From Octopus vulgaris (lineage: Eukaryota): a stretch of 64,000 bases of DNA. The stretch covers positions 107,198,001 to 107,262,000 of the forward strand of contig OX597818.1 of NCBI GenBank assembly GCA_951406725.2, written 5' to 3'. Made by a program: the position numbers and the translations under genes. The notes under the pieces were generated by a model, which was not told the origin of the DNA, ran no database searches, and saw nothing but the letters and a program-made list of their open reading frames with translations. Below are positions 25,779 through 39,030 of this stretch, piece after piece (positions within the stretch are counted from its first letter, which is position 1; every line of letters begins with the position of its first letter).

Positions 25779-25958
25779 TTGAAAAATACCTTAGGAATGA
25801 GAACGCAGGTTCGAAATTTCCCCAAGACACCTGAAGAAGGTTGGAGAGTATATCAGCTGAAATGTTGTGTTAACAACAAACAAGATGAGGACAAATATCT
25901 GCCGAATGTAAATAATGTAAATAATGTACATACTTTCTCATTTCTTAACTATAGAACT
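25365..25958. mobile_element. Palindromic tRNA-head/(AAT)n/hammerhead element, locus 2 (left arm minus 25365-25627; right arm plus 25630-25958)
   Basis: ~260-bp near-perfect inverted arms with almost no spacer. Same family as 12741-13568 and same 3' terminus (ctcat.tcttaa.tatagaa). Confidence 0.9.
25411..25460 (-). ncRNA. Minimal type I hammerhead ribozyme motif (Penelope type)
   Basis: Minus strand GACAC-CTGAAGA-a-GGTTG-gagagtatat-CAGCT-GAA-ACGT-T-GTGTT: stem I GACAC/GTGTT, stem II GGTTG/CAGCT, loopless palindromic stem III ACGT. Second copy at 25826-25872 (+) has a C>T in GAAAC. Confidence 0.7.
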
Positions 25959-26993
25959 GTTCTACAGTTTTTGTCTGCCAATTCCACTCACATCATATTG
26001 GTCGACCCACTGCTATTGTATAGAATAATCATGGCCAAACTGTGGCCCACAAAACTTTCTGAATAACAGACCTAACAAAAAATTACCTTGAATTTTTTTA
26101 GTAGAGCATCTTACCTGAAGACAATCCATGGTTCATAGAGTCTGCTTCATGTAAAAAGTTGTTTTCTATGCTTGATATAGAATATTAATTGACAACATTC
26201 ATTTAGTGAAGATTGAATTTCTAACCACATGGCTCTGAACTGAAGCAAATTCCTCAACCCTAACCAAATTAGGAAATGCAAAAGAGAATTAGGAAACCAT
26301 AAATTGAGAGCTGTAGAGATACTTACTAAATAAACTAAAGTTTGGGCTGTAAGTCACGATACTACAAGGTTGAAAGAGGGAGTGAATTTGGCCCCTGTTT
26401 TTGGCTGGTATTCATTTTATTGATTCTAGGAAGATTAAAGAGGAATTCGGTCATAACTGGATTCAAACTCAGAATATTTAAATGCCATAAGCTATTTCAT
26501 CCAACATTGTACCAACTTTAGAAACAAGAAGGAGAGGAATTCAATTGAACCCAAATGCTGTATTTTAGTATCAATGCAATAACTGCACATATCTTATGCA
26601 GCACCAACCGAAATTCATTATTCAAAAGATTCCCCAGTTAAATGAAAGCTACTGTCAACTGCTAGTGTCAGTCAATCAAATAAAAAAAAAAAAGACAATC
26701 AAAATTATGAGCAAAGGAACGATAAACTAAAACTGGAACTTTCTAGAAAATAACAAACAAGTGAAACAAAAAAACTAATCATGCAATTATTTGATTATCT
26801 ACTTTGTGTTTATTTTTGTTGGTTTGTTTCATTTTTTTTTCTTTCAAGTTGGAATAAATCAAACACAGGAATGCTCTAAAAAATATTACAGAATTATCTG
26901 AGACGATCACAGGGAAGACGCACCAACCACAATACAAAATATTACCATGAAATATTTCAGTAAGCCAAGAGCAAAAAAATTTCTTTAAAACAA

Positions 26994-27375
26994 CATCATC
27001 ATCATCATCATCGTTTAACGTCCGCTTTCCATGCTAGCATGGGTTGGACGATTTTGAGTGAGGACTGGTGAACCAGATGGCTGCACCAGGCTCCAATCTT
27101 GATCTGGCAGAGTTTCTACAGCTGGATGCCCTTCCTAACGCCAACAACTCCGAGAGTGTAGTGGGTGCTTTTTACATGGCCCCGGCATGGGGGCCAGTCA
27201 GGCAGTACTGGCAATGACCTCGCTCGAATCTTTTTACACATGCCACCAGCACAGGTGCCAGTAAGGCAACATTGGTAACGATCATGCTTGAACGGTGCCT
27301 TTTACGTGCCACCAGCACGGACGCCAGATGGCTGCTCTGGCAATGATCATGCTCGGATGGTGCTCTTGGCACCCT
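26994..27375 (-). mobile_element. RTE 3' UTR fragment
   Basis: Near-identical to 6364-6860. Confidence 0.9.
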
Positions 27376-27449
27376 ACAATGAAACACAATACACAAGTAA
27401 GGTTACATAAAGAGACAACTGCCAACACTTGGTATTAAACAATTTCATT

Positions 27450-28890
27450 TGTTATTTAGTATTTACAATAGTATATAAGTAACATTGAATACGGTAATAC
27501 TGAAGATATCCCAAATAAACTCTGCTATTCCAGCAAAACCAAAAAAGCAGGGTACAGAAGAAGTTGAATGAAACTCTGTGAGTCAAGAAAGTCATAAAAA
27601 GGGAAGAATACATCATTTTTGAAGACTAATGTTAAAACCTACAAGGTTGTCAAAGCTACTTAAAAATACATCAAAAGAACAAAGCTGAGATCTGAGTGGA
27701 GAACTGAAGAGCAAAATAATTGACAAAACAAGGCGTACCAGTTGTCTTGAAAGATGTAAGGACCTCTTCAAACAGATTTGGTTGTTTGATTTGTACATGA
27801 AAACCTTTTATTATATTAATATAAATTAGGTGATATCATGTGGAAGAAATGTGAACAGAAAAAATATTTTGACATTATTTAGATATAGGAAGTAATGCCA
27901 TGTGACATAATATAAATGTAAGGAGAAACTTCCATCAAAATCTGTATAAAACCTGTTCAGATATATCAATAGTAAGTGTGATAAATAATTTACCACATGA
28001 ACTCATATCAATGACATTTAATCATTTTATTTTAAAAAATGAAAATAGAAATAAAGACAAGGAGCACTGATCAATTCCATGAATTTCAAGTCTCTCAATA
28101 TAAAATATAAAAGATTTTCAAAATTAAAATGTATGTTGACAACCTGTAAAGCTCTCATATTTATATTCTGTGTCCCAAGACCTGATGGTTGTACATGAGA
28201 AGTAAAATTGATGCTGAAAGGACGTACAGAGTTATAGAGTAAACTTACGGGTGACCTGCAGGTCATTGAAGGAGACAAAAATAAATGTAAAATTTCAGCC
28301 TGGCATGGATTGATTACCATAAGGCCACTGTGCCACACTTTAGGATATTGAAATAATAGAAATCAACAAAAAACTTCTTCCAGTATTGAAGTAATATATC
28401 AACTATGTCCTGACAAAATGGAAGACATTCACAATATTCTAAAAAATACAAATAGCAGTAAGTCCAATCCCCAGAAGGTTAAGGATTTTTCAAATCCTAT
28501 TACTTTTTTGCCTCACTTTAACACCATTAACTAATTTGCTGAACCAATCCAGCTACAGCGACAAGTGCTACAGGCAATCTATAAATCATGAGACACACAA
28601 AATATACTAAAACTATATGCAAGAAATATCAGCCAGTTGCAAAAACTGCAAATGTTACATGAATTCAGCTATCATATAAAATTGAACATGGAATTAGAAA
28701 GAAACATCTCCAAAGTTATTTTAAAAAGTAGCAAAGCAGTGAGCCAACAGAATATTAAAATAAAGCTTACTACCCTAATCAAGGAAATAAAAGCCCAAGG
28801 ACAATATTCATAATGAAGTTTCACTAATTAGAGTATTTAAGGATTATGAAAATACGAAGAAAATCTCTTTGTAAGGAAAATTACTGGAAT
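27450..28890 (+). mobile_element. Old R4/Dong-clade LINE RT relic
   Basis: FSLAWIDYHKA.VPHFRIL (~28294; cf. LSMAWIDYKKAFDSVPH) and LTLTPLTNLLNQSSY...SINH...LKLYARNISQLQKL...EFSYHIK (~28512-28690; cf. INHLLYMDDLKLYAKN). Boundaries uncertain. Confidence 0.7.
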
Positions 28891-30204
28891 TATAATTTAA
28901 CTTCACTAAGAAACAAAGATGTAGCTAAATAAACAATAGAGTACACACACACACACACATATATGCATGCAGGCACATACGCATACATACATGCTCTAAA
29001 TTGATTAGGTAATAAACACATAAGATTCTGTCTGGGATTCAATTCCTCTCCCCACAAATTCACTTTGTGACTGTGACCAACACACTTCACTCTCGATGGC
29101 CAACTCAGTTTATATTTGAATTTGTTGTTATTGTAAGTCACAGATCATCAGCCGTAACCAAACAGACCGTGACTAAAGTCAAGCCGCTCATGGTTATCTT
29201 TATTTTTAGGAATGGAGTACCCAGCTGGTTGAAAGACTTTGTTGAGGTTCCATTCGGACCTGGCTATTGGAATAATTGCTTTCATGGTCAAGCGACCTTT
29301 CTGGCCCTTATTTCTCTCAGATTTCCCTAATGGCCACCCATCTAAGCACTCACATAAGCTATGTGTCTTTTTTGTTGTCCTCACTGGAAATTCTCCTTTC
29401 ATGAACTGAACTGCTGTTGTTGTTTTCCCCTTTTGACGATGTTTCTTGAGCCTTTCCTGCTCCAGGGTGTGAGTGAGTGTTACAAGCACCTTGTTATGGC
29501 AACACTTATACCTCCCTTGAGTAAGTGCTATTTTGCACCCTGACAAGATGTGTGCCAGTCAGCCTCTTTCTCCACAAAATCTACACAGTTGGTCTCCCTT
29601 CAAACTCCATGGGTTTGTTGGTGTTGTGAGTGTATCATACACCACCCACAGCAGGAAAGAGATAAAAAAGGTTCCGGTCTCCACAGATCTGCCCATGTGA
29701 CCTTCCTCTTAGGGGTGGTCCCATTTAGCCCAGGTACCCTGAGATATCCGGCTCCACTGCTCTTGACTGGTTTTTTTCTTCCTCTTGGTTCTGCACTTCT
29801 GCTTGGATCAGGACCCTCCACTCCTTGATATCCACCTTCTGCCATTCTTGAAAATGGGAAGAATCAAGACCCTGCCAACCCCTACATGGAACTCCAATGT
29901 TTTAAATTAAATAAGGATGCTAAGAGGTATGATAATATAGGAAGTATTATGTCCCCTAAAGGTATGACTTTGTTACTTTTGGAGTATAATAAAGAATTCA
30001 AGACATCTTAGTCCCATTATTAAATTTAAAACATTAGAGTTACAGGTTTGTCCTCTCATAGAGATTTAAATAAGTTTTTGAATAGAAAAATATTCAAATG
30101 TTGTTCGGTGTTGCTATGGATAAGGAATTAAATGGAAAACTGGGTGAATGGTTGAGGGTATCAATGATGATGATAATGATGATAGTCATGGTGGTGTTGG
30201 TGTA

Positions 30205-30235
<31 letters not shown>

Positions 30236-30269
30236 TGGGGGAGGATAATGATTTTCACCGTAATGGTAT

Positions 30270-30301
<32 letters not shown>

Positions 30302-30597
30302 GTGATGATCCTTTCCACAAACCTGTCTAATGACCAAACTGACATTTCCAGTGTAATATTTAACTGTAATATGACCATTTCCTTATTTTCACCTAGCGAA
30401 TGTCAACCCTGGCATAAAGAATGACTCTGCTATGTTCTCCCATTAAAAAAGGACACTCACATTATTAGCTAATTTGCATAAAAACTTCTAATGATATATT
30501 ATTCAATGCTTTCAAAGAATGCGCATATTAAAAAAATGGATAGATAATTTAACATTTATAAGGTATGCATGTATATATATATATATATATATATATA

Positions 30598-31650
30598 TCA
30601 TCATCATCATCGTTTAACGTCCATTTTCAATGCTGGCATGGGTTGGACGGTTCAACTGGGGTCTGGGAAGTCAGAGGTGGCTGCACTAAGTTCCAGTCTG
30701 ATCTGGCAGAGTTTCTACTGATGGATGCCCACCAAGAATGTAGAGGGTGCTTTTTACATGCCATCGGCATGGAGACCAGCTTGTTGCTCTGGCAATAATC
30801 TCGCTCATATCGTACTCTTAGCACTCCACTAGCATGGATGCCAGTCATCGAATTTGATTTCGATTTCACTTGCCTCAGAGTTTAGTGTCCAATGAAGGAA
30901 AGGTACGCATAAGTGGGCTGGTTACACCACTGGCATAGGCCATGGGTTATGGTCTCACTTGGCTTGCCCGGTCTTCTCAAGCACAGCATATTGCTTGTCA
31001 TTGCCTCGGTGAGGCCCAATGTTCGAAGCTCATTCTTCACCACCTCATCCCAGGTCTTCCTGGGTCTACCTCTTCCACAGGTTCCCTCAACCACTAGGGT
31101 GTGGTACTTTTTCACACAGCTATCCACATCCATTCTCGCCACATGGCCATACCAGCACAGTTGTCTCTCATGCATACCACATCTGATGCTTCTTAGGTCC
31201 AACTTTTCTCTCAAGGTACTTACATTCTGTCAAGTATGCACACTGACATTACACATCCATCGGAGCATACTGGTTTCATTCCTTGTGAGCTTACGCATGT
31301 CCTCAGCAGTCACAGTCTATGTTTCACTGCCATGTAGCATGGCTGTTCATACACATGCGTCGTACAGTCTACCTTTTACTCTGAGCGAGAGGCCCTTTGT
31401 CACCAGCAGAGGTAAGAGCTCTCTGAACTTTGCCCAAGCTATTCTTTTTCTAACAGCTACACTTTCAGTGCACCCACCTCTACTACTGATTTGGTCACCC
31501 AGTTAACGGAAGCTATCAACTACTTCTAGTTTTTCTCCCTGGAATGTGGTGGAAGTTGTTCTCTGCACATTTTCAGTGTTTATTGCTCCTCAGCATCTGC
31601 CACATACAAAGACTATCTTCCCAGTTAGCCTTCCTTTGATATTGTATCAC
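30598..31650 (-). mobile_element. Second 5'-truncated copy of the PHD-containing RTE family, with short 3' UTR
   Basis: Minus strand NIKGRLTGKIVFVCGRC...LEVVDSFR*LGDQ...REKLDLRSIRCGMHERQLCWYGHV...RGRPRKTWDEVV; stops present; (ATC)n tail at 30598. Confidence 0.93.
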
Positions 31651-34600
31651 CATTTAATTCATAGTTGACAAAAATTGCAGTAGTTCTCTCAGCTTCCCTC
31701 TTTTGATAATAATTTCTGTTTCCTCTCATGACTTTATTCCTCATTACAATTATACTTATATAATTTCAATTGATAAGAACTTACATTTGGCTCACCACCT
31801 CACCTTGCATGGAAACAGGTATGGGTTGATGATAGGAAGGGCATCTAGCTGCTGAAAATTTACCTCAATAAACGCCTGAAAGCATTAAAAAAATGATGTT
31901 TATTATGATGATGATGAGAAATGTTCATTAGCTCTATAGAAAATGTTTCCATCATGTAAAAATACCGTTGACCAGAAATTCAATGAATCACTTAAATCCC
32001 ATACAGACTTCATGTGTTTGCATAATGATATCATTGTTAGTATTAAGTTTTATAATTGTCTGAACTATAAGACATATCTATTTTATTTCAGGATATACCT
32101 ATGTTCCATGACTGGACATTTAGATATTGAATCAACATTTCTGGAAAGTTTGGAGACTGGCAAGCTTTACAGAACTTAAAGTGTTTGACTATAAACACCT
32201 TACAGCATTTAATTTTGACCTTCTCTCGACTGAGTTTATAGATTGCCTTTCATCTCTCTGAAGTGAAGGAAACAAGTAGCAATATTATATGGAAGATTAT
32301 TTCAGTTGATTGTAGCTCTGAGTTGTTAGAATTTTGCTGAATGTAAACAGATCAATAACTTTGGTATTTGGTTCATTATGGTTGGTTTATATAGATTTAC
32401 ACCGAAAACTATTGAATAAAAGTGGAACACAAGTAAACCAAGAGGGGAACTGGACACCAAGAATTGGTTGGCTTGGAAGGGACTTGGTATGAATTTATGA
32501 ATAATCCCACATATCAGGGAAAATGAAATTAAGCAAACTAAAGCTGATTTGAGTGAAACATAGTTCTACTCTTGGGGGAGAATGGAATGGTTATTTGATG
32601 TTTCTCTGAGCCACGAAATTAACCATCTCTGATGTGGTCTGAAATTGCAATATATTCAATAATTTCTGAATACTACTGAATGTTGTCCATATCCTCTTAC
32701 TTTCGTTACACAACAAAACCATGTTGTTGTATTTGAAAATGTTCCTGGACTTTTGTAATCTTTATTATCGGCTGTGTTACTTTGCTCAAGGTAAAGTTTT
32801 GGACTTCCCATGCAGTACTTGTTTAGCAACGCCCTCTCTGTATTCCCATGAAGACTTTTTTTATCCACAGTTTGAACTCGTGGAGAAGAAAAGATTTATT
32901 CTTTACCACAGTATAAAGGCAATGCTAATGGAAAATGTTAGTCACCTCAAATGACCAGAAAAGCATCTGTTAAAGAGAAAAATTGAAAAAGAATTGCAAT
33001 AGTCAGATTTTATAATGTTAACCTCACAGATGAGAGAACAAAAGAAAGAAAGGAATGATTAATTACAGTGTTACAGATCTTTCCAACCCATGCTTGCATG
33101 GAAAAATGGTCCTGAAAAGGGTAATGATTCTTAGTGTTTGAATATTACCACAACATTTCTGTGTTAATCACTTTCAATACTGAATAAATCTGTTAGCTGT
33201 CTACATTAATTATAAAAACAACTTAAAACATATTTTATGAAATATTATATAAGATGTTGTATAGACTTTACATAAAATGTTACAAACTCAATTACGGAAA
33301 ACATTGACAGAAAAGACTCATAGAAAATAGTTTGGTTATATAATATATAAACTCACTTGAGTAAATTTTAAAATATTTCAATATTATTCATGAATATTGT
33401 ATGAAGCACATTGCTTGTAATGTACACACAGTTATTCATACAAGTTCTTTAAATTTCCATTTTATTACTGCTTTTAGTCATTGCACAGTGACCATACTGG
33501 AGCTCGGCTTTTAAAAGTCTTACAATGGCATCAACAGCATTACTTTAAATTGTACTTGTTTTATCAATGTAGTTAGATGAAATAGCAACACTGACCTCAG
33601 CATAAAGCAACATAATTAGCACGAAGGCAAATACCACTAGGTATTTTTCTTCTTTCATCTCTTGTCCTTCTTCCTCTGAAAAGTAGTAAAATATGTCCAT
33701 GACCCAGTTTCAATTCTCAGTTATGCATCTGCCTTTCAAGTTGCTACGGCATTTTGAAAAAACATAAATGTCAGAAATTGCAGTTCACTTCCCAAGAAAT
33801 GTGTTGTGGATTAATTGTTCATTTAGAGGCCATTGTTGATCATCAATTACTTTGTATTGGCAAGAAAGAATTATTGAAGAGATCAAATAGGAGAATTATC
33901 TATTTTTGAGCAGATATAAAAATGGGATACATTTGTTTCATGTTATTGAGTTGGAATTGAATTCCCAAGATTTCACAAATGTCACAAAGGAAAGAGATAG
34001 TGAAATATGAAGCTGATATTGAAGATTTCAGAGTGGAATTTTGAAACAATCAGATATGTGTACATTTTATTGATTTCTTCTTGCATGGGGAAGTAAAAGA
34101 GAGGAAGGGATTTCAATTTGAAGTTGACTATGTTCCAGTGAGTAAACCCAGACTTTACAGCTGCTACATAAATGGCACCATAATAAATAGAAATTCTTTC
34201 AAAAACAATTCCAAGTTAATATGAAAATTCAAAATGTGGTTATGCAATGTCCAAGCAATTCATGGTGAGTTTCATGATATAAATATATAGAAAAAGACAT
34301 AATAATTTAATAATGCTTTCTATTTCACACAGTAAGAAACGTGAATATTTTAAGAAAATATAGTCACAGGATATTGACTTTATTTAAATTTTCAAAGAGT
34401 ATTTTATTTGATTAATAAACTGCCAACAGTTTTTCAGTTCTCATTAGGAAATGGGAACCAAAAAGATGGCATGGTTTGGTTTTTCCTTTTGTTTTAAAAT
34501 TCCTACAAAAACAATCATCCTAATAACAAAAGAAATCTGATTTACTTTAAAATTAAAGTCATTACAAAAAGAAATGTCTGCAAAAAGTTGGAATTGGAAA

Positions 34601-34694
34601 CAATAGAACGGATACACAGTCACACAGCAAAACTTCCAAGATTTGACTGTGAGAGTTAAAAAGAATACTATAACCAAAAATGAAAGTTTAAGTT

Positions 34695-36485
34695 ATTAAC
34701 ACAAACAGATGTGACCACTCATTTATTACCACAAACAGATGTGACCACTCTTTTATTAACACAAACAGATGTGATCCCACTTTTATTAACACAAACAGAT
34801 GTGATTATGCTTTTATTAGCACAAACAGATGTGACCACTCTTTTATTACCACACAAACAGATGTGACCACTCTTTTATTAGCACAAACAGATATGATCCC
34901 TTTTTTATTAGCACAAACAGATGTGACCACTCTTTTATTAGCACAAACGGATGTGACCACTCTTTTATTAGCACAAACGGATGTGATCACTCTTTTATTA
35001 GCACAAACAGACATGTTCGCTCTTTTATTAACACAAACAGATGTGATCCCACTTTTATTAACACAAACAGATGTGATCCCACTTTTATTAACACAAACAG
35101 ATGTGACCACTCTTTTATTAGCACAAACAGATGTGACCACTCTTTTATTAGCACAAACAGATATGATCCCTTTTTTATTAGCACAAACAGATGTGACCAC
35201 TCTTTTATTAACACAAACAGATATGATCCCTTTTTTATTAGCACAAACAGATGTGACCACTCTTTTATTAGCACAAACAGATGTGATCACTCTTTTATTA
35301 GCACAAACAGATGTGATCCCTCTTTTATTAACACAAACAGATGTGACCACGCTTTTATTAGCACAAACAGATGTGACCACTCTTTTATTAACACAAACAG
35401 ATGTGACCACTCTTTTATTAGCACAAACAGACATGTTCGCTCTTTTATTTACACAAACAGATGTGATTCCTCTTTTATTAGCACAAACAGATGTGACCAC
35501 TCTTTTATTAGCACAAACAGATGTGATCCCTCTTTTATAAGCACAAACAGATGTGACCACGCTTTTATTAGCACAAACAGATGTGACCACTCTTTTATTA
35601 GCACAAACAGATGTGACCACTCTTTTATTAGCACAAACAGACATGTTCGCTCTTTTATTAACACAAACAGATGTGATCCCTCTTTTATTAGCACAAAAAG
35701 ATGTGACCACACTTTTATTAACACAAACAGATGTGACCACTCTTTTATTAGCACAAACAGATGTGATCACTCTTTTATTAACACAAACAGATGTGATCCC
35801 TCTTTTATTAGCACAAACAGATGTGACAACGCTTTTATTAGCACAAACAGATGTGACCACTCTTTTATTAGCACAAACAGATGTGACCACTCTTTTATTA
35901 GCACAAACAGACATGTTCGCTCTTTTATTTACACAAACAGATGTGATCCCTCTTTTATTAGCACAAACAGATGTGACTACTCTTTTATTAGCACAAACAG
36001 ATGTGACCACTCTTCTATTAGCAAAAACAGATGTGATCACTCTCTTATTAACACAAACAGATCTGATCCCTCTTTTATTAACACAAACAGACGTGTTCGC
36101 TCTTTTATTAACACAAACAGATGTGACCACTCTTTTATTAGCACAAACAGATGTGACCACTTTTATTAACACAAACAGATGTGTTCGCTGTTTTATTAAT
36201 ACGAACAGATGTGATCACTCTTTTATTAACACAAACAGATGTGATCGCTCTTTTATTAACACAAACAGACGTCTTCCCTCTTTTATTAACACATACAGAT
36301 GTGATCCCGCTTTCATTAACACAAACAGACATGTTCGCTCTTTTATTAACACAAACAAACGTTTTCTCTCTTTTATTAACACAAACAGATGTGATCGCTC
36401 TTTTATTAGCACAAACAGATGTGATTACTCTTTTATTAGCACAAACAGACGTCTTTTATTAACATAGACAGATGCGATCGCTCTT
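34695..36485. repeat. 30-bp minisatellite, ~60 copies (acacaaacagatgtgaccactcttttatta)
   Basis: Exact 30-bp phase over 34853-36160; more diverged units at the right edge. Confidence 0.98.
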
Positions 36486-37814
36486 TTTGTTAAAATTTAA
36501 AGTAAAAAGGTTTTTTTAAAGTTTTTGAATAAATAGGACAATAGCTAGAAGTAACACTAAAGTGAATGGTGCAAAATTATCTTGATTGCAAAATAAGATA
36601 AAAAGTTCAAGACTTGTAATTTTGGTAATTTCCTTTATAAATATCTTGAGTCATAAAAGATTATGGATGCTCTGTGGATACTCTATAGGACAACTACGAA
36701 TCCAATTTAAAATACATCAACTAAAAATAAAAAACAAAACTATCCTAAAAATTTATAACCTAACCCTATACACCCTGTACACTCATCTTTGGTCAAGAAT
36801 TCTCAAAAGGTAAACATTGAATATTGGGTGAAGTATAAGCTGATGACTCCTATATAAGTTAGGTAATATAATAATTTTAAAAATATTTATGACTCTTTGT
36901 GAATAGAATTTAATATAATATGCTGTGATAGTCACATCTCTGAAAGGATTATGGAAAAGAACCTAACAGTTGACAAGCAGAATCATTTCACAGGGAACTT
37001 ATCCCTATGGTACTTGAGAAGAATGAAAACTGAAGCAAATATTAAATACACGACCATCTATTACAAGAAAGAATGACACAGTGTCCAATTCCATCTCATT
37101 CTTCATAGCTTCTTCAAATACGGGGATCAGTACCATTAGATGAATCACGTTGCCTGTCATTCATAGTATTAATAGGGTTTATAAAACAATAAATATCTAT
37201 TTATTAAAACAATCAATATATTAAACTTATGACTACAAGGAGTATATTATGACATGACCCTTAGAATAGTTTACAGGCACAAGAACCTAATAGTTAAATC
37301 ATCTCCAGTGCATTCCCATGTAACTACATTGAAACCGTAGCTTGGTAAGATACAAACAAATTGATCTAAAATAAAACTGTAGCAACATTTTTCTTTTAAA
37401 TGCTTGCAATGATGATGATGCATTAAAGAATGTGATGGTCACACTTAAACCCTAATCTCTGTTTATAAAAGATTGATGTCAATTTTTATTTTGCATGTGA
37501 TGTTGTAGATATTACATAAGCAAAATCATTTTAAAAAAATTCTGTTTTGTAAGCAAGCTCAGAGGGATTTCACTTTTTCACCAAAAGAAATAACAGTATT
37601 CTTAAGCATTCTATATGTTACTTTCATAAAAGAAGACCTCTCAGACAAATATGGTGAAATGTTATTAGGAATTGTAAGAGAAATTGGTGGTTTCTTTTAT
37701 AAAATACTTAAACCGTGTTATGCAAATGTTAAAATCACTATAAATAGAAGAGCAATGAAATGTATTGAGGACATGCCTTCTCAGTGGCAGAGCTATATTT
37801 TCAACCTTCTAAAT

Positions 37815-37985
37815 GCGTGCACACACACACTAATTGAAATCAAATGTAAAATGCTTCCCAATCATTTAGTTTTGGTTTAGTCCCACAAAGCAGCACTTTG
37901 GGCAAGCATCTCCTGCTATCCCTCAATGCCAACCAAAGCCTTGTGAATGGATTTGGTAGATGATAATTAAAAGAAGCCCAATGCA
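37815..37985 (+). mobile_element. SINE family A, 5' half, diverged
   Basis: tagtcccac...tttgggcaag...ccaaccaaagccttgtgaatggatttggtaga. Confidence 0.7.
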
Positions 37986-38099
37986 TACATGGAGGAAGAA
38001 GAGGAGACATCTGTTAGTCTTGCATGACCAGTAATCTGCAATTTCAAAGTCTTTTTGTTTTTTTTGGCAGTACAGCATTTACTGTGATGTTAGATACAC

Positions 38100-39030
38100 A
38101 CATGTGAATGGCAGTCCTGACTACAAAGTCTACACTCGAAGGCACTGTCTGTTAGTCCCATCCTGGTACTGCTTTTGCATCAAATCTGCTTTTTTATTCT
38201 TCATCAGTGATCCTCAGCCTCTCATCTTGTCTGCTTAAATCCTTGACTATTTCCTATCTCCAGTGAGAATCATCATCAATAACGTCTTCCCACTTTTTCT
38301 CATTCGTATAAAAATATCTCGAGTCAGCCTTGCAAACAGCTTTGAAATGAACATTGGCAGCGTTCTTGTGTCCTTTTTTGCTAAAGGGCAGTTCACCATT
38401 TTGCAGGCTTGCAGGGATCCTCACATCTGACATGCAATATACATGACCCACGAACATAGTTGTTTTTGCAATAGGTCGAAGAGGTTGAGTGTTTGCATGC
38501 CAGCCACGACCTCATTGTGGGTGATTTGTTCATCCACTTGATGCCCTGAATCTATCTCAGGCTGTGTTGGTGGAAGGTATTGAGATGCCACTCCTGTGTG
38601 GAGTTGTTACTCCAGGTCTCACTACAATAAAGCTGTGTACCAAGGATGCAAGCTCTGTAGACAGCATCCTTGTTGTGTGCCATTAGCTGACTGTTCCCAC
38701 TGGCACTTGTTGTCACTCTAGCTGGTTGAGGCAGCTTTTCTAATACATTAATTTATCTCAGATTCCAGAGAATGGTTATCCATGATGGTGACCCCATGGT
38801 AATGTAATCTCCTGGACTGCTGTAATTCAGTCATTAATGTTGACAATGAGGAAGTATTCAAGACATTGGTACAGCAGTTTTGTATTCTTCAGACTGATGG
38901 TCAAGCTGAAGTTTTGACAGATTCTTGTGAGGCTGTTCTTGAGGTGCTGCCCATGTTGCAGCATCTGCAAATAGCATGTCTTTGATGAGTGCTTTGTGTA
39001 CTTCAGATTTTCCCCTCATGTGCCAACTTA
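38100..39030 (-). mobile_element. Old RTE (BovB-like) RT C-terminal relic
   Basis: Minus strand LIKDMLFADAA, FSLTISLKNT, FVGHVYCMSDVRIPASLQNGEL...HFKAVCKAD. Confidence 0.8.

Noticed and set aside
32420-32960. Possible exon or LINE relic (ORFs 32656-32868, 32721-32954)
   Set aside because: No recognisable motif or convincing splice-site pair.
34695-36485. CRISPR-like array, or 455-aa/304-aa repeat proteins
   Set aside because: The variable parts are ~8 nt and recur, so they are not unique spacers; there are no cas genes and the context is eukaryotic. The ORFs arise because the unit length is a multiple of 3 and lacks stops in some frames.
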